In this document: one piece after another, positions 53,323 through 61,592 of the stretch
Layout: the number at the start of each line of letters is the position of its first letter
Numbering within the stretch: the stretch's first letter is position 1
NCBI GenBank assembly: GCA_963636125.1
Contig: CAVHIP010000001.1
Span: forward strand, 4,981 to 68,980
Reading direction: 5' to 3'
Length of the DNA stretch: 64,000 nucleotides
Source: Oscillospiraceae bacterium
GTDB taxonomy: Bacteria; Bacillota; Clostridia; Oscillospirales; Oscillospiraceae
Translations under genes and position numbers: made by a program
The notes under the pieces: model-generated
Databases searched by the model: none
The model's input: the letters and a program-made list of their open reading frames with translations, nothing else
Told to the model about the DNA's origin: nothing

Positions 53323-55902
53323 TTATCCTCTGCTGTCGGACAGCTTTGTCATATGGGCGCCGCCGTTTGTTTTCTTCAGCAGCTCGTCTATCCGCGAAAG
53401 CGCCCAATCAAGCTCCTTTATGAATTCATCCGATGATGTGCGCAGTACGCCCGAGCGCATCGCCGACACGCGAATAAGATTATCGGACGTAATGACGCGG
53501 ACAGAATAGTTCCTGCCGATATCGTTTACAAGCCGCTCGATATAGGCATCAGCCGTCTCGCCCTCGGGCGTAAACACAACGCGGATTTTGCCGCGCTCCT
53601 CGCGCGAGCCGGGATTACCCGGCGTCCTGAAGCCGTCAAACACGAGCACAAGCTCGCTGCCGGTAAAGCCGCAATAGCTTGACAGCATGTCCGTAAGCCT
53701 CGCTCGCGCAAGATCAAGTCTGTCGGCGGCAAGCTTTTTCAGCTCATCCCACGCGAAAATCAGATTGTATCCGTCAACGATTATATATTTTTTCTTTTGA
53801 GCGATATAAAGCTGCGTATCCGGCGCTGCGTTGACAACGGGGGCGGAATACTGCGGCCTTCTGATAGGGCCGAACTCCCGCTCCATTATCGCGTCAAGCT
53901 CTTTCTGGTCAATGCTGACGCTGTGATGCGCCGTAAAATCCGGCTCTTTTTTCTCGGCAAGGCAGCTTTCAACATGCATATAATCTTTCACCTTGTTCCA
54001 AGGCACATTGAAACCCGCTCCGTGCGCGCAGAAAACCGAATCGGATGTATTTTCCGTATCCGAAGCGGCGTCATAGCCTATCTCGTTTATTATCTCCTGC
54101 TGATTTCTGCAAGGCCTGTATCCGTCGGGGCGGAGAGAAAGTCTGCCGCGCCCTCGGGTATAGGCGACAAGCGTGTCCATATATCCGTTCATCGCGGAAA
54201 CGGGAGCTCGTCCGGTTATATGCGTCATACCTCCCCTGTCCTCGGGTGTGTCTATCTCGCCGTTCATGGTTCTCACATCGGAGATAAGTCTCCCCGTCTG
54301 ATCGGTGGGCACTTCGGAGGAAAACGCATACCATGGCTCAAGCAATACGCTTTCCGCTTGCATCAGCCCCTGCCTGACGGCTCTGTATGTGGCCTGTCTG
54401 AAATCGCCGCCCTCGGTGTGCTTCAGATGCGCGCGCCCGGAGACAAGCGTTATTTTTATATCCGTTATCGGAGAGCCGGTCAGCACGCCGACATGCGTTT
54501 TTTCGGCAAGATGAGCGCAAATAAGTCTCTGCCAGTTCCTGTCAAGCGTATCCTCGCCGCAGGAGGTGGTTATAACAATCCCGCTCCCTCTCGGCAAAGG
54601 CTCCATCAGCAGATGAACTTCCGCATAGTGGCGCAGCGGTTCGAAATGCCCCACTCCCTCAACTTTGTTTTTTATCGTCTCGCGGTACATGATATGCCCG
54701 GTGTCGAGCTGAATGTCGGCATCAAATCGTTCTTTTACGAGGCTTCTGAATATCTCGGTCTGAACCTTGCCCATAAGGCGAACAGAAATATTTTTGCTTT
54801 TTTCATTCCACACAATATGCAGTCTCGGATCTTCCTCCTGTAGCTGCATAAACTTGGGGTAGAGAGTCCTCGCGTCTTTATCCGGCGGAAGAATAACCGT
54901 GTAGCTCACAACCGGCTCCAAAATCGGTGCCTCGCCGTCCTTTTCCGCGCCGAGCCCCTCTCCCGGATATGTAGACGACAGCCCGAGCGCGGCGCACACC
55001 TGCCCGGGATAAACCGTCTCCGCGTTTTCATATTTTGCCCCCGAATAGAGTCTGACGGCCGTAACCTTTTCCTCGCGCTCACTCCCGTTTTCGTCTTTAT
55101 ATCCGATACTTTGCCGAACGGAAAGACTGCCTCCGGTGATTTTCATGCAAGTCATACGGTTGCCCTGCGGATCGCGTTCTATTTTATACACCTTCGCCGC
55201 GAACTCGTCCGGATAGCTCTTTTGAAGCGTAAACCTGTCAAGAGCGTCCAAAAGCTCGTCAATTCCCTCGGCTTTAAGTCCGGATCCGTAAAAGCACGGA
55301 AAAAGCCGCCTGTCGGAGATGAGAGCGGCGATATCCGCATCGGAGAGCGCCCCGTCCCGGAGGAATTTTTCCATCGCTTCCTCGCTGCAAACGGCGAGCT
55401 TTTCTTCAAAATCCGCTTCTCTGCGCGTAAAATCGACGCACCCGTCGCCGAAAGTACGGCACAGCTCGCTTTGCAGCTGTTCATGATCGCAAGTGACGAC
55501 ATCCATCTTCGTCACAAACACAAAGACCGGCACGCCGTATCGCTTCAGAAGCTCCCACAGCGTCTCCGTATGCGCCTGCACGCCGTCCGTCCCGCTTATC
55601 ACGAGCACGGCGTAATCAAGCGCCTGCAAAACGCGCTCCGTCTCCGCCGAAAAATCGGCGTGACCGGGCGTATCCATAAGCGTTATGTCGGTTTCGGCAA
55701 GGTTCAGGACGGCCTGCTTGGAGAAAATAGTTATCCCGCGCGCTCTCTCAAGCTCATGATTATCCAGAAAGCTGTCCCTGTGATCTACCCTGCCCAATTT
55801 TTTGATTTTTCCCGATCGGAACAGCAACGCCTCGGACAGCGTGGTCTTTCCTGCGTCCACATGGGCGAGTATTCCGATTGCAAGTTTTTTTCTTTTTTTC
55901 AT
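53323..55902 (-). CDS. Fusion protein: EF-G/Tet(M)-like translational GTPase (aa 1-~640) plus YacP/Rae1-type NYN endoribonuclease domain (aa ~703-859)
   Basis: GTPase motifs: ILAHVDAGKTTL, RGITI, DTPGHADF, TKMD. C-terminal domain motifs: YIIVDGYNLIFAW, LVLVFDG, VVFTPEGETADAYIE and VITSDN, matching B. subtilis YacP. The reading frame is uninterrupted, and its stop TAA abuts the ylmH ATG. Confidence 0.85.
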   Translation of the reverse strand: MKKRKKLAIGILAHVDAGKTTLSEALLFRSGKIKKLGRVDHRDSFLDNHELERARGITIFSKQAVLNLAETDITLMDTPGHADFSAETERVLQALDYAVLVISGTDGVQAHTETLWELLKRYGVPVFVFVTKMDVVTCDHEQLQSELCRTFGDGCVDFTRREADFEEKLAVCSEEAMEKFLRDGALSDADIAALISDRRLFPCFYGSGLKAEGIDELLDALDRFTLQKSYPDEFAAKVYKIERDPQGNRMTCMKITGGSLSVRQSIGYKDENGSEREEKVTAVRLYSGAKYENAETVYPGQVCAALGLSSTYPGEGLGAEKDGEAPILEPVVSYTVILPPDKDARTLYPKFMQLQEEDPRLHIVWNEKSKNISVRLMGKVQTEIFRSLVKERFDADIQLDTGHIMYRETIKNKVEGVGHFEPLRHYAEVHLLMEPLPRGSGIVITTSCGEDTLDRNWQRLICAHLAEKTHVGVLTGSPITDIKITLVSGRAHLKHTEGGDFRQATYRAVRQGLMQAESVLLEPWYAFSSEVPTDQTGRLISDVRTMNGEIDTPEDRGGMTHITGRAPVSAMNGYMDTLVAYTRGRGRLSLRPDGYRPCRNQQEIINEIGYDAASDTENTSDSVFCAHGAGFNVPWNKVKDYMHVESCLAEKKEPDFTAHHSVSIDQKELDAIMEREFGPIRRPQYSAPVVNAAPDTQLYIAQKKKYIIVDGYNLIFAWDELKKLAADRLDLARARLTDMLSSYCGFTGSELVLVFDGFRTPGNPGSREERGKIRVVFTPEGETADAYIERLVNDIGRNYSVRVITSDNLIRVSAMRSGVLRTSSDEFIKELDWALSRIDELLKKTNGGAHMTKLSDSRG

Positions 55903-55908
55903 ACATTT

Positions 55909-55937
55909 ATTTTATCAGCATCGCAGAAAATAATCAA
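55909..55937 (-). promoter_or_regulatory. Candidate promoter producing a leaderless mRNA for the GTPase-NYN gene
   Basis: On the minus strand: TTGATT (55937-55932), a 17-nt spacer, then TGaTAAAAT (hexamer 55914-55909). The A of the ATG (55902) is the 7th nt after the -10, and no SD is present. Confidence 0.4.
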
Positions 55938-55972
55938 TAAAATAACGTTTTTTACATTGAGTTAACATAATC

Positions 55973-55989
55973 TGTAATTTATATGTAAA
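55973..55989 (+). promoter_or_regulatory. WalR/PhoB-type direct repeat (TGTWAH-N5-TGTWAH), box 1
   Basis: TGTAAT ttata TGTAAA. It sits in the shared control region of the divergent GTPase-NYN gene and the two-component operon. Confidence 0.35.
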
Positions 55990-56026
55990 AATTTTTTAGT
56001 TTTTTTGCAACTTTGACTATGAATTT

Positions 56027-56046
56027 TGTAAAAGATATGTTATAAT
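56027..56046 (+). promoter_or_regulatory. WalR/PhoB-type direct repeat box 2 overlapping an extended -10 promoter element of the two-component operon
   Basis: TGTAAA agata TGTTAT (56027-56043). TGtTATAAT (the -10 hexamer is 56041-56046) has no good -35. An AAGGAGG RBS lies at 56118-56124 before the ATG at 56134. Confidence 0.35.
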
Positions 56047-56133
56047 TTGAAAATGAAATTGTAATGTGACGCAGTTTGCCTGCTTGCAGGCGCGCTGTTA
56101 AATTAATAATCCCCCGCAAGGAGGCTTACCTAT

Positions 56134-56823
56134 ATGAAAAAAATACTTGTTCTTGAAGATGAGTCCAATATCAGAAGCTTTGTGGTCATCAATCTGCGCC
56201 GCAGCGGATATGAGCCCATTGAGGCGGAAAACGGCGCGATGGCTCTTGAAAAACTGAAAGTAAATCCCGATATCTGCCTCGCGCTTCTTGACGTCATGCT
56301 GCCGGATATCGACGGTTTTGAAGTCTGCCGCCGCATCCGCGCTTCCGGCTCCAAGATGGGCATCATTATGCTTACCGCCAAAAGCCAGGAGATAGACAAG
56401 GTCACGGGGCTTATGACGGGCGCGGACGATTACGTAACAAAGCCCTTCTCCCCCGCGGAGCTTACCGCGAGAGTCGACGCGCTTGTACGCCGGCTTGACG
56501 TGGGTGACGAGGAGAAAACTCCGCCCGAGCTTGTAAGCGGTCCGTTCCTGCTCAACACGCGCAACCGCACTCTTGAGAAAAACGGTCAGCGAGTCAAACT
56601 GACGCAGATAGAATATCTGCTCATGAAGCTGTTTATGGAAAACCCCGGAAAGGCGATGTCCAGGGAGGACATTCTTGCCGCCGTCTGGGGCAGCGATTTT
56701 ACCGGCGAGCTCAAGACCGTCGATGTGAACATCAGAAGACTTCGCATCAAAATAGAAACCGACGCCACAGAGCCGGAATATCTCACCACCGTTTGGGGCT
56801 ACGGCTATAAGTGGGGATACTGA
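56134..56823 (+). CDS. OmpR/PhoB-family (WalR-like) response regulator
   Basis: MKKILVLEDE.., the receiver Asp in LALLDVMLPDIDG, LTAKSQEIDKVTGLMTGADDYVTKPFSPAEL, and the winged helix LKTVDVNIRRLRIKIE..VWGYGYKW. Confidence 0.9.
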   Translation: MKKILVLEDESNIRSFVVINLRRSGYEPIEAENGAMALEKLKVNPDICLALLDVMLPDIDGFEVCRRIRASGSKMGIIMLTAKSQEIDKVTGLMTGADDYVTKPFSPAELTARVDALVRRLDVGDEEKTPPELVSGPFLLNTRNRTLEKNGQRVKLTQIEYLLMKLFMENPGKAMSREDILAAVWGSDFTGELKTVDVNIRRLRIKIETDATEPEYLTTVWGYGYKWGY

Positions 56824-56905
56824 CCGGCTATTGCGTCAATTCGCATAAGTCGGCGAATGAAAGCTTCGGCTTGCGTTCAAAAAATATTTAGGAAGTAACC
56901 GGTAA

Positions 56906-57898
56906 ATGTTCAAAACACTGAAAAACCAGCTCCTTGCCTCTACCGTTGCGTCGATCGCGCTGATTATTCTCGGAATGTGGCTGATATACAGCGGTAATCT
57001 GATATGGGGCGCAGTTGTTCTGCTTATTATATGCATATATCTTATTCTTCTTAACATATGGTTCAGAAGATGCGTAAGCAGCCCGATCAACAACCTCACA
57101 AGCTTTGCCGCGCGTATTGCCGGAGGCAGCTACGGCATCCGCATGGAGGACAAGTTTGAAAACGAGCTTGGCAACCTGACGGCGGAAATAAACAACATGT
57201 CCGAGAAAGTCGCCGAGGCGGAAAAATCCAGGACGGAGTTTATCTCACAGATTTCGCATGAACTGCGCACTCCCCTGACGGCAATAACCGGCTGGGCGGA
57301 AACGATAGCCTACGATCCGGCTGTTCAGGGCGATTCGCTTCGCGGCATCAACATAATCTCCAAGGAAGCGGAAAGACTCACCAGAATGGTAACGGAGCTT
57401 TTGGAGTTTACGCGTATTCAGGACGGGCGATTCAACCTTCGCGTTGAGCTTATCGACATCACAGCTGAGCTTGAGGATGCCCTGTTCACATATGGGGAAT
57501 TTCTCAAGCAGGCGGGCATGGAGCTCAACTATACGGCTCCGCCGGCCGAAATCCCGCTCATTCCGGGAGATCCGGAGAGGCTCAAGCAGGTTTTCCTCAA
57601 CCTTATGGACAACGCCGTCAAACACGGCGGAGACGGGAAAAAGCTTGATGTTTCCTTAAACTTGAGCGCAGACGGGGTGCATATCGTTTTCCGCGATTAC
57701 GGTCACGGAATTCCGAGCGGAGAGCTGCCGCACGTTAAGGAAAAATTCTACAAAGGCAGTTCCAAAAACCGCGGTACCGGCATCGGGCTTTCCGTGTGCG
57801 ACGAAATAATCTCCCGTCACGACGGCGCTTTGAACATCTCGAACGCTTCGGGCGGCGGATGCAAAGTTGAAATCGTTCTTCCGCTCAGCAACGGCTGA
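56906..57898 (+). CDS. Intramembrane-sensing type histidine kinase (2 TM with a minimal loop, HAMP, HisKA, HATPase)
   Basis: 330 aa. The H-box is FISQISHELRTPLTAI, the N-box is LMDNAVKHG, and the G-boxes are RDYGHGIP and GTGIGLSVC. Confidence 0.85.
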   Translation: MFKTLKNQLLASTVASIALIILGMWLIYSGNLIWGAVVLLIICIYLILLNIWFRRCVSSPINNLTSFAARIAGGSYGIRMEDKFENELGNLTAEINNMSEKVAEAEKSRTEFISQISHELRTPLTAITGWAETIAYDPAVQGDSLRGINIISKEAERLTRMVTELLEFTRIQDGRFNLRVELIDITAELEDALFTYGEFLKQAGMELNYTAPPAEIPLIPGDPERLKQVFLNLMDNAVKHGGDGKKLDVSLNLSADGVHIVFRDYGHGIPSGELPHVKEKFYKGSSKNRGTGIGLSVCDEIISRHDGALNISNASGGGCKVEIVLPLSNG

Positions 57899-57956
57899 AA
57901 TTAATCTTTTGCCGTATTTTATTTGCAAATCAATGCTCAGTAAAAAGGGTGAAAAT

Positions 57957-58904
57957 ATGTCTGAAAAATCTTGTTCTTTTCGCACGTCGATAGGCGGTCA
58001 GGCGCTTATCGAAGGTATACTGATGCGCGGCCCCAAAAAGCAGGCAATTGTCTGCCGCACAAAGGACGGGCTCGTTGAAAAAGTCGAAGATCTTAAGTTT
58101 ATTAAGGATAAATATCCCATTCTCGGATGGCCGCTTATCAGAGGCTGCGCCATTTTTCTCTCTTCTCTCATAAACGGCATGACGGCGCTTACATATTCCG
58201 CCGACCTTGTTCCGATTGAAGAGCAGGAGGAACCCGACAAGCTTGACAAATGGATAGAAGAGCATTTCTCCGAGGAAAAAGCAAAGAAAATCATTATCGG
58301 CGTTGCCGTCGTTCTGGGCATCGCGCTTTCTCTGTTTCTGTTCGTTTTTCTGCCTACTTTTGTGGTAAGTCTTATAAAACCGTTCACGCGCAGTTTCTTT
58401 GTGCGCAACATCTGCGAAGGCGCGGTGAGGGTAATTATACTGCTTATATACATGCGTCTGTGCGCGCTTCAACCCGATGTGAAACGTCTGTTCTCCTATC
58501 ACGGTGCTGAGCATAAGACGATATTCGCGTACGAGCACGGCAAGGAGCTGACGGTTGACAATGTCCGCCCCGAATCGCGTTTCCATCCCCGCTGCGGCAC
58601 AAGCTTTCTGCTGGTTGTCATGGTTGTGAGCATTCTTGTCAACTCCGTTGTCAAGGTCAGCGCAACGCTCCCCCGCATCGGCTGTCATCTTCTTCTGTTG
58701 CCTGTTGTGGTGGGCATCAGCTACGAGATAAACCGTTGGTGCGGCATGCACGACAATAAACTGTCCGCTTTTCTCTCCGCTCCCGGCAAATGGCTTCAGC
58801 ATATCACGACAAGCGAACCGGACGACGGCATGATCGAATGCGCAATACGGGCGATGGAGCTTGTTATTCCCGAGGAAAAAGGCTCTGACGAATGGGGTAA
58901 GTAA
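57957..58904 (+). CDS. DUF1385 (YqhQ-like) membrane protein
   Basis: The start was taken at MSEKSCSFRTSIGGQALIEGILMRGP (57957). The conserved YHGAEHK motif is present, and it has the usual position directly upstream of prmC. Confidence 0.75.
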   Translation: MSEKSCSFRTSIGGQALIEGILMRGPKKQAIVCRTKDGLVEKVEDLKFIKDKYPILGWPLIRGCAIFLSSLINGMTALTYSADLVPIEEQEEPDKLDKWIEEHFSEEKAKKIIIGVAVVLGIALSLFLFVFLPTFVVSLIKPFTRSFFVRNICEGAVRVIILLIYMRLCALQPDVKRLFSYHGAEHKTIFAYEHGKELTVDNVRPESRFHPRCGTSFLLVVMVVSILVNSVVKVSATLPRIGCHLLLLPVVVGISYEINRWCGMHDNKLSAFLSAPGKWLQHITTSEPDDGMIECAIRAMELVIPEEKGSDEWGK

Positions 58905-58906
58905 AC

Positions 58907-59761
58907 ATGAAAACCTATAACGACATATACCTCAACGCGCGAACGGTACTTCGCCAGCGCGGCATAGAGGCGTTCAATCAGGAAGCCCGCTACATCGTGG
59001 CGGCGGCGGCCGGAAAATCGGTCGCGGAGCTGTTGCGGGATATGAATCTATACGCCAGCAATCAAATTGAAGAGAAGGTCACCGATTACACGGCGCGCAG
59101 ACTTCGCGGAGAGCCGGTTGCGTACATCACGGGCTCATGGGAGTTTTACGGGCTCCCCATAATCACGACGCCGGACGTGCTCATTCCGCGGGTTGACACC
59201 GAGGTTGTTGTCGACACTGCCATCGAGCTTCTCATGGGCAAAAAAATGGATGCGCGAATTCTTGATCTATGCTGCGGCAGCGGATGCATCACCTGCGCAA
59301 TAGCTCACGAAATGCCCGCGACGCGTTTCGTCTCCATAGATATAAGCGCCAACGCTCTTGAGATATGCCGCCAAAACGCGGCCGCAAACCGCGTGATATC
59401 AAGAGTGATCTGCATGCAGTCGGACGCGCTTTCCTCTCCCCCGCTCGGCTTAGGCGAATTTGATATGATCGTTGCCAATCCCCCTTATATTTCCACCGGC
59501 GATATTTCAAAGCTTGACCCTTCCGTCAAAGACTATGAGCCGGTATGGGCGCTTGACGGCGGCGCAGACGGCCTTAAATTCTACAAAGCCATCATCAAAT
59601 ACTGGAAATCACTGCTCCGTGTCGGCGGCTATCTTATCTTTGAAGTCGGCGAAGGGCAGGCCGACGCAGTTCTGGATATGCTCAATTCCGCCGGTTTTGA
59701 GAGTACCGGCGTAAAGCAGGACACGCTCGGTACAGACCGCGTTGTGTACGCAAAAATGTGA
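58907..59761 (+). CDS. prmC: Peptide chain release factor N5-glutamine methyltransferase
   Basis: The SAM motif is ILDLCCGSGCI and the catalytic motif is VANPPYIS. The protein is 284 aa. Confidence 0.9.
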   Translation: MKTYNDIYLNARTVLRQRGIEAFNQEARYIVAAAAGKSVAELLRDMNLYASNQIEEKVTDYTARRLRGEPVAYITGSWEFYGLPIITTPDVLIPRVDTEVVVDTAIELLMGKKMDARILDLCCGSGCITCAIAHEMPATRFVSIDISANALEICRQNAAANRVISRVICMQSDALSSPPLGLGEFDMIVANPPYISTGDISKLDPSVKDYEPVWALDGGADGLKFYKAIIKYWKSLLRVGGYLIFEVGEGQADAVLDMLNSAGFESTGVKQDTLGTDRVVYAKM

Positions 59762-59803
59762 TTTTGTAATTTAATTAAAATAAATAAAAACAGGAGGCGC
59801 GAT

Positions 59804-60910
59804 ATGGCCGAAAAGAAAAAAGCACCCATAGCAGCCGCTCCCGTTGCCCCGGGTGACAAGAAAAAGGCTCTTGAAACGGCAATTGCAAAAATCGAAAAGG
59901 ATTACGGCAAAGGCACTATAATGCGCCTCGGCGACGATATATCCGTCAATGTTGAGGCTCTTTCCACAGGCTCTCTCTCGCTTGACCTCGCGCTCGGCAT
60001 AGGAGGAGTTCCGAAGGGAAGAATAGTGGAAATATACGGGCCGGAGGCTTCCGGCAAAACGACGCTCGCCCTGCACATTGTCGCCTCGGCACAAAAGGCG
60101 GGTGGAGACGCCGCTTACATCGACGTTGAACACGCGCTTGAGCCGGCGTACGCGCAAGCCCTCGGAGTCGATATAAATTCTCTCCTGATTTCTCAGCCCG
60201 ACACAGGCGAGCAAGCGCTGGACATTGCGGAATCGCTCGTTCGCTCGGGCGCGGTGGATGTGGTTGTGGTTGACTCCGTCGCGGCGCTTATCCCGAGGGT
60301 TGAGCTTGAGGGCGAAGTCGGCGATACGGTTGTGGGCGCGCTCGCAAGACTCATGTCGCAGGCAATGCGCCGTCTCGCGGGGGCTATCTCGAAAAACAAC
60401 TGCACGGTTATATTTATAAATCAGCTCCGCCAGAAAATAGGCGTTATGTACGGCAATCCCGAAACCACGCCCGGCGGTCTGGCTCTCAAATATTACGCAT
60501 CCGTGCGTATCGATGTGCGCCGCATAGAGACGCTCAAGAACAACGGCGAGATGATAGGCAACCGCACCCGGGCAAAGGTTGTGAAAAACAAGGTCGCACC
60601 TCCGTTCCGCGAGGCGGAGTTTGATATAATCTACGGCGAGGGCATCTCCAAGCTGAGCGAAGTAGTTGACCTTGCGGTAAAGCTGGAAATCATCGACAAG
60701 GCAGGCGCATGGTTTACCGTAGATTCACAGCGTATTCAGGGCAAGGACGGCGTTAAGGAATACCTCTCCAACAACCCGGAAGTTTGCGACAAGATAGAAA
60801 AAGAAGTGCGCGAGAACGCATGGAAGCTCTCGCCCAAAGCGCAGAAGGAAGCGAAGCTTGCCGCGGCGAAGCCCATAAACGTAAGCGCGGCGGATTTTGA
60901 CGAAGGCTGA
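59804..60910 (+). CDS. recA: Recombinase A
   Basis: Walker A is [15 protein letters not shown]. The motifs [19 protein letters not shown] and [22 protein letters not shown] are canonical RecA. Confidence 0.97.
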   Translation: MAEKKKAPIAAAPVAPGDKKKALETAIAKIEKDYGKGTIMRLGDDISVNVEALSTGSLSLDLALGIGGVPKGRIVEIYGPEASGKTTLALHIVASAQKAGGDAAYIDVEHALEPAYAQALGVDINSLLISQPDTGEQALDIAESLVRSGAVDVVVVDSVAALIPRVELEGEVGDTVVGALARLMSQAMRRLAGAISKNNCTVIFINQLRQKIGVMYGNPETTPGGLALKYYASVRIDVRRIETLKNNGEMIGNRTRAKVVKNKVAPPFREAEFDIIYGEGISKLSEVVDLAVKLEIIDKAGAWFTVDSQRIQGKDGVKEYLSNNPEVCDKIEKEVRENAWKLSPKAQKEAKLAAAKPINVSAADFDEG

Positions 60911-60923
60911 CGGAAATCGGGAA

Positions 60924-61583
60924 ATGCCAGCGCATGCTCTTTTTAATAAGCAGACCGGCTCCCGCGCCACACATATGATAGTTTCTTTAATAAAACAGAC
61001 AAGTCCCGGGCGGCTGACCGTCATATCTGACAGCGGAGAAGAGATAAAAACCACTCTCGGAGTCGTCACTGATATGAGGCTGTTTTCCGGCAAAGAGCTG
61101 GAAACGGCTCAAGCAGATGAATTCAGACTTTTATCGCTTCGCGCGCTCGCGCGGGAAAAGGCGCTCGAATACCTCTCCCGGCGGTCGATGAGCCGCGCGG
61201 AGCTGAAAAAAAAGCTCATAGAAAAAGGCTATGACGAGGACACGGCGGATTACTGCGTTCAATGGCTTACGGAAAACGGGCTGACAGATGACGAAAGCTA
61301 CGCCGCCGCCGTAGTGAGGCACTACGCCGCGAAGGGCTACGGCGCGGGGCGCATAAAAGGCGAGCTTTCAAAGCGCGGGATTGACCGCGATTTATGGGAG
61401 GGCGCGCTCGATGCCGCGCCGGACAGCAGCGGCAAAATCGACAAATTCATTTCCTCGCGTCTTACCGATCCGGAGGACAGAGCGCAGATCGGCAAGGTGA
61501 GTCAGGCGCTTTATCGGCGCGGCTACTCCTGGGATGAAATACGCGAAGCTCTTGCGCGATTTTCCGCAGAAGCGGAAGAATAG
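60924..61583 (+). CDS. recX: Recombination regulator RecX
   Basis: It lies directly after recA and has three-helix repeat features (ALEYLSRRSMSRAELKKKLIEKGYDED.., YAAAVVRHYAAKGYGAGRIKGEL). The start is uncertain: 60924 (ATG) or 60975 (ATG), while the track start at 60897 is a TTG inside recA. Confidence 0.8.
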   Translation: MPAHALFNKQTGSRATHMIVSLIKQTSPGRLTVISDSGEEIKTTLGVVTDMRLFSGKELETAQADEFRLLSLRALAREKALEYLSRRSMSRAELKKKLIEKGYDEDTADYCVQWLTENGLTDDESYAAAVVRHYAAKGYGAGRIKGELSKRGIDRDLWEGALDAAPDSSGKIDKFISSRLTDPEDRAQIGKVSQALYRRGYSWDEIREALARFSAEAEE

Positions 61584-61592
61584 GAAAACAGT

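Noticed and set aside
55879-55902. Two A7 runs (ATGAAAAAAAGAAAAAAACTT) at the start of the GTPase-NYN gene, considered as a slipped-strand phase-variation switch
   Set aside because: The tracts are short (7 nt) and simply encode the Lys-rich N-terminus common to this GTPase family. The sequence alone gives no evidence of variation.
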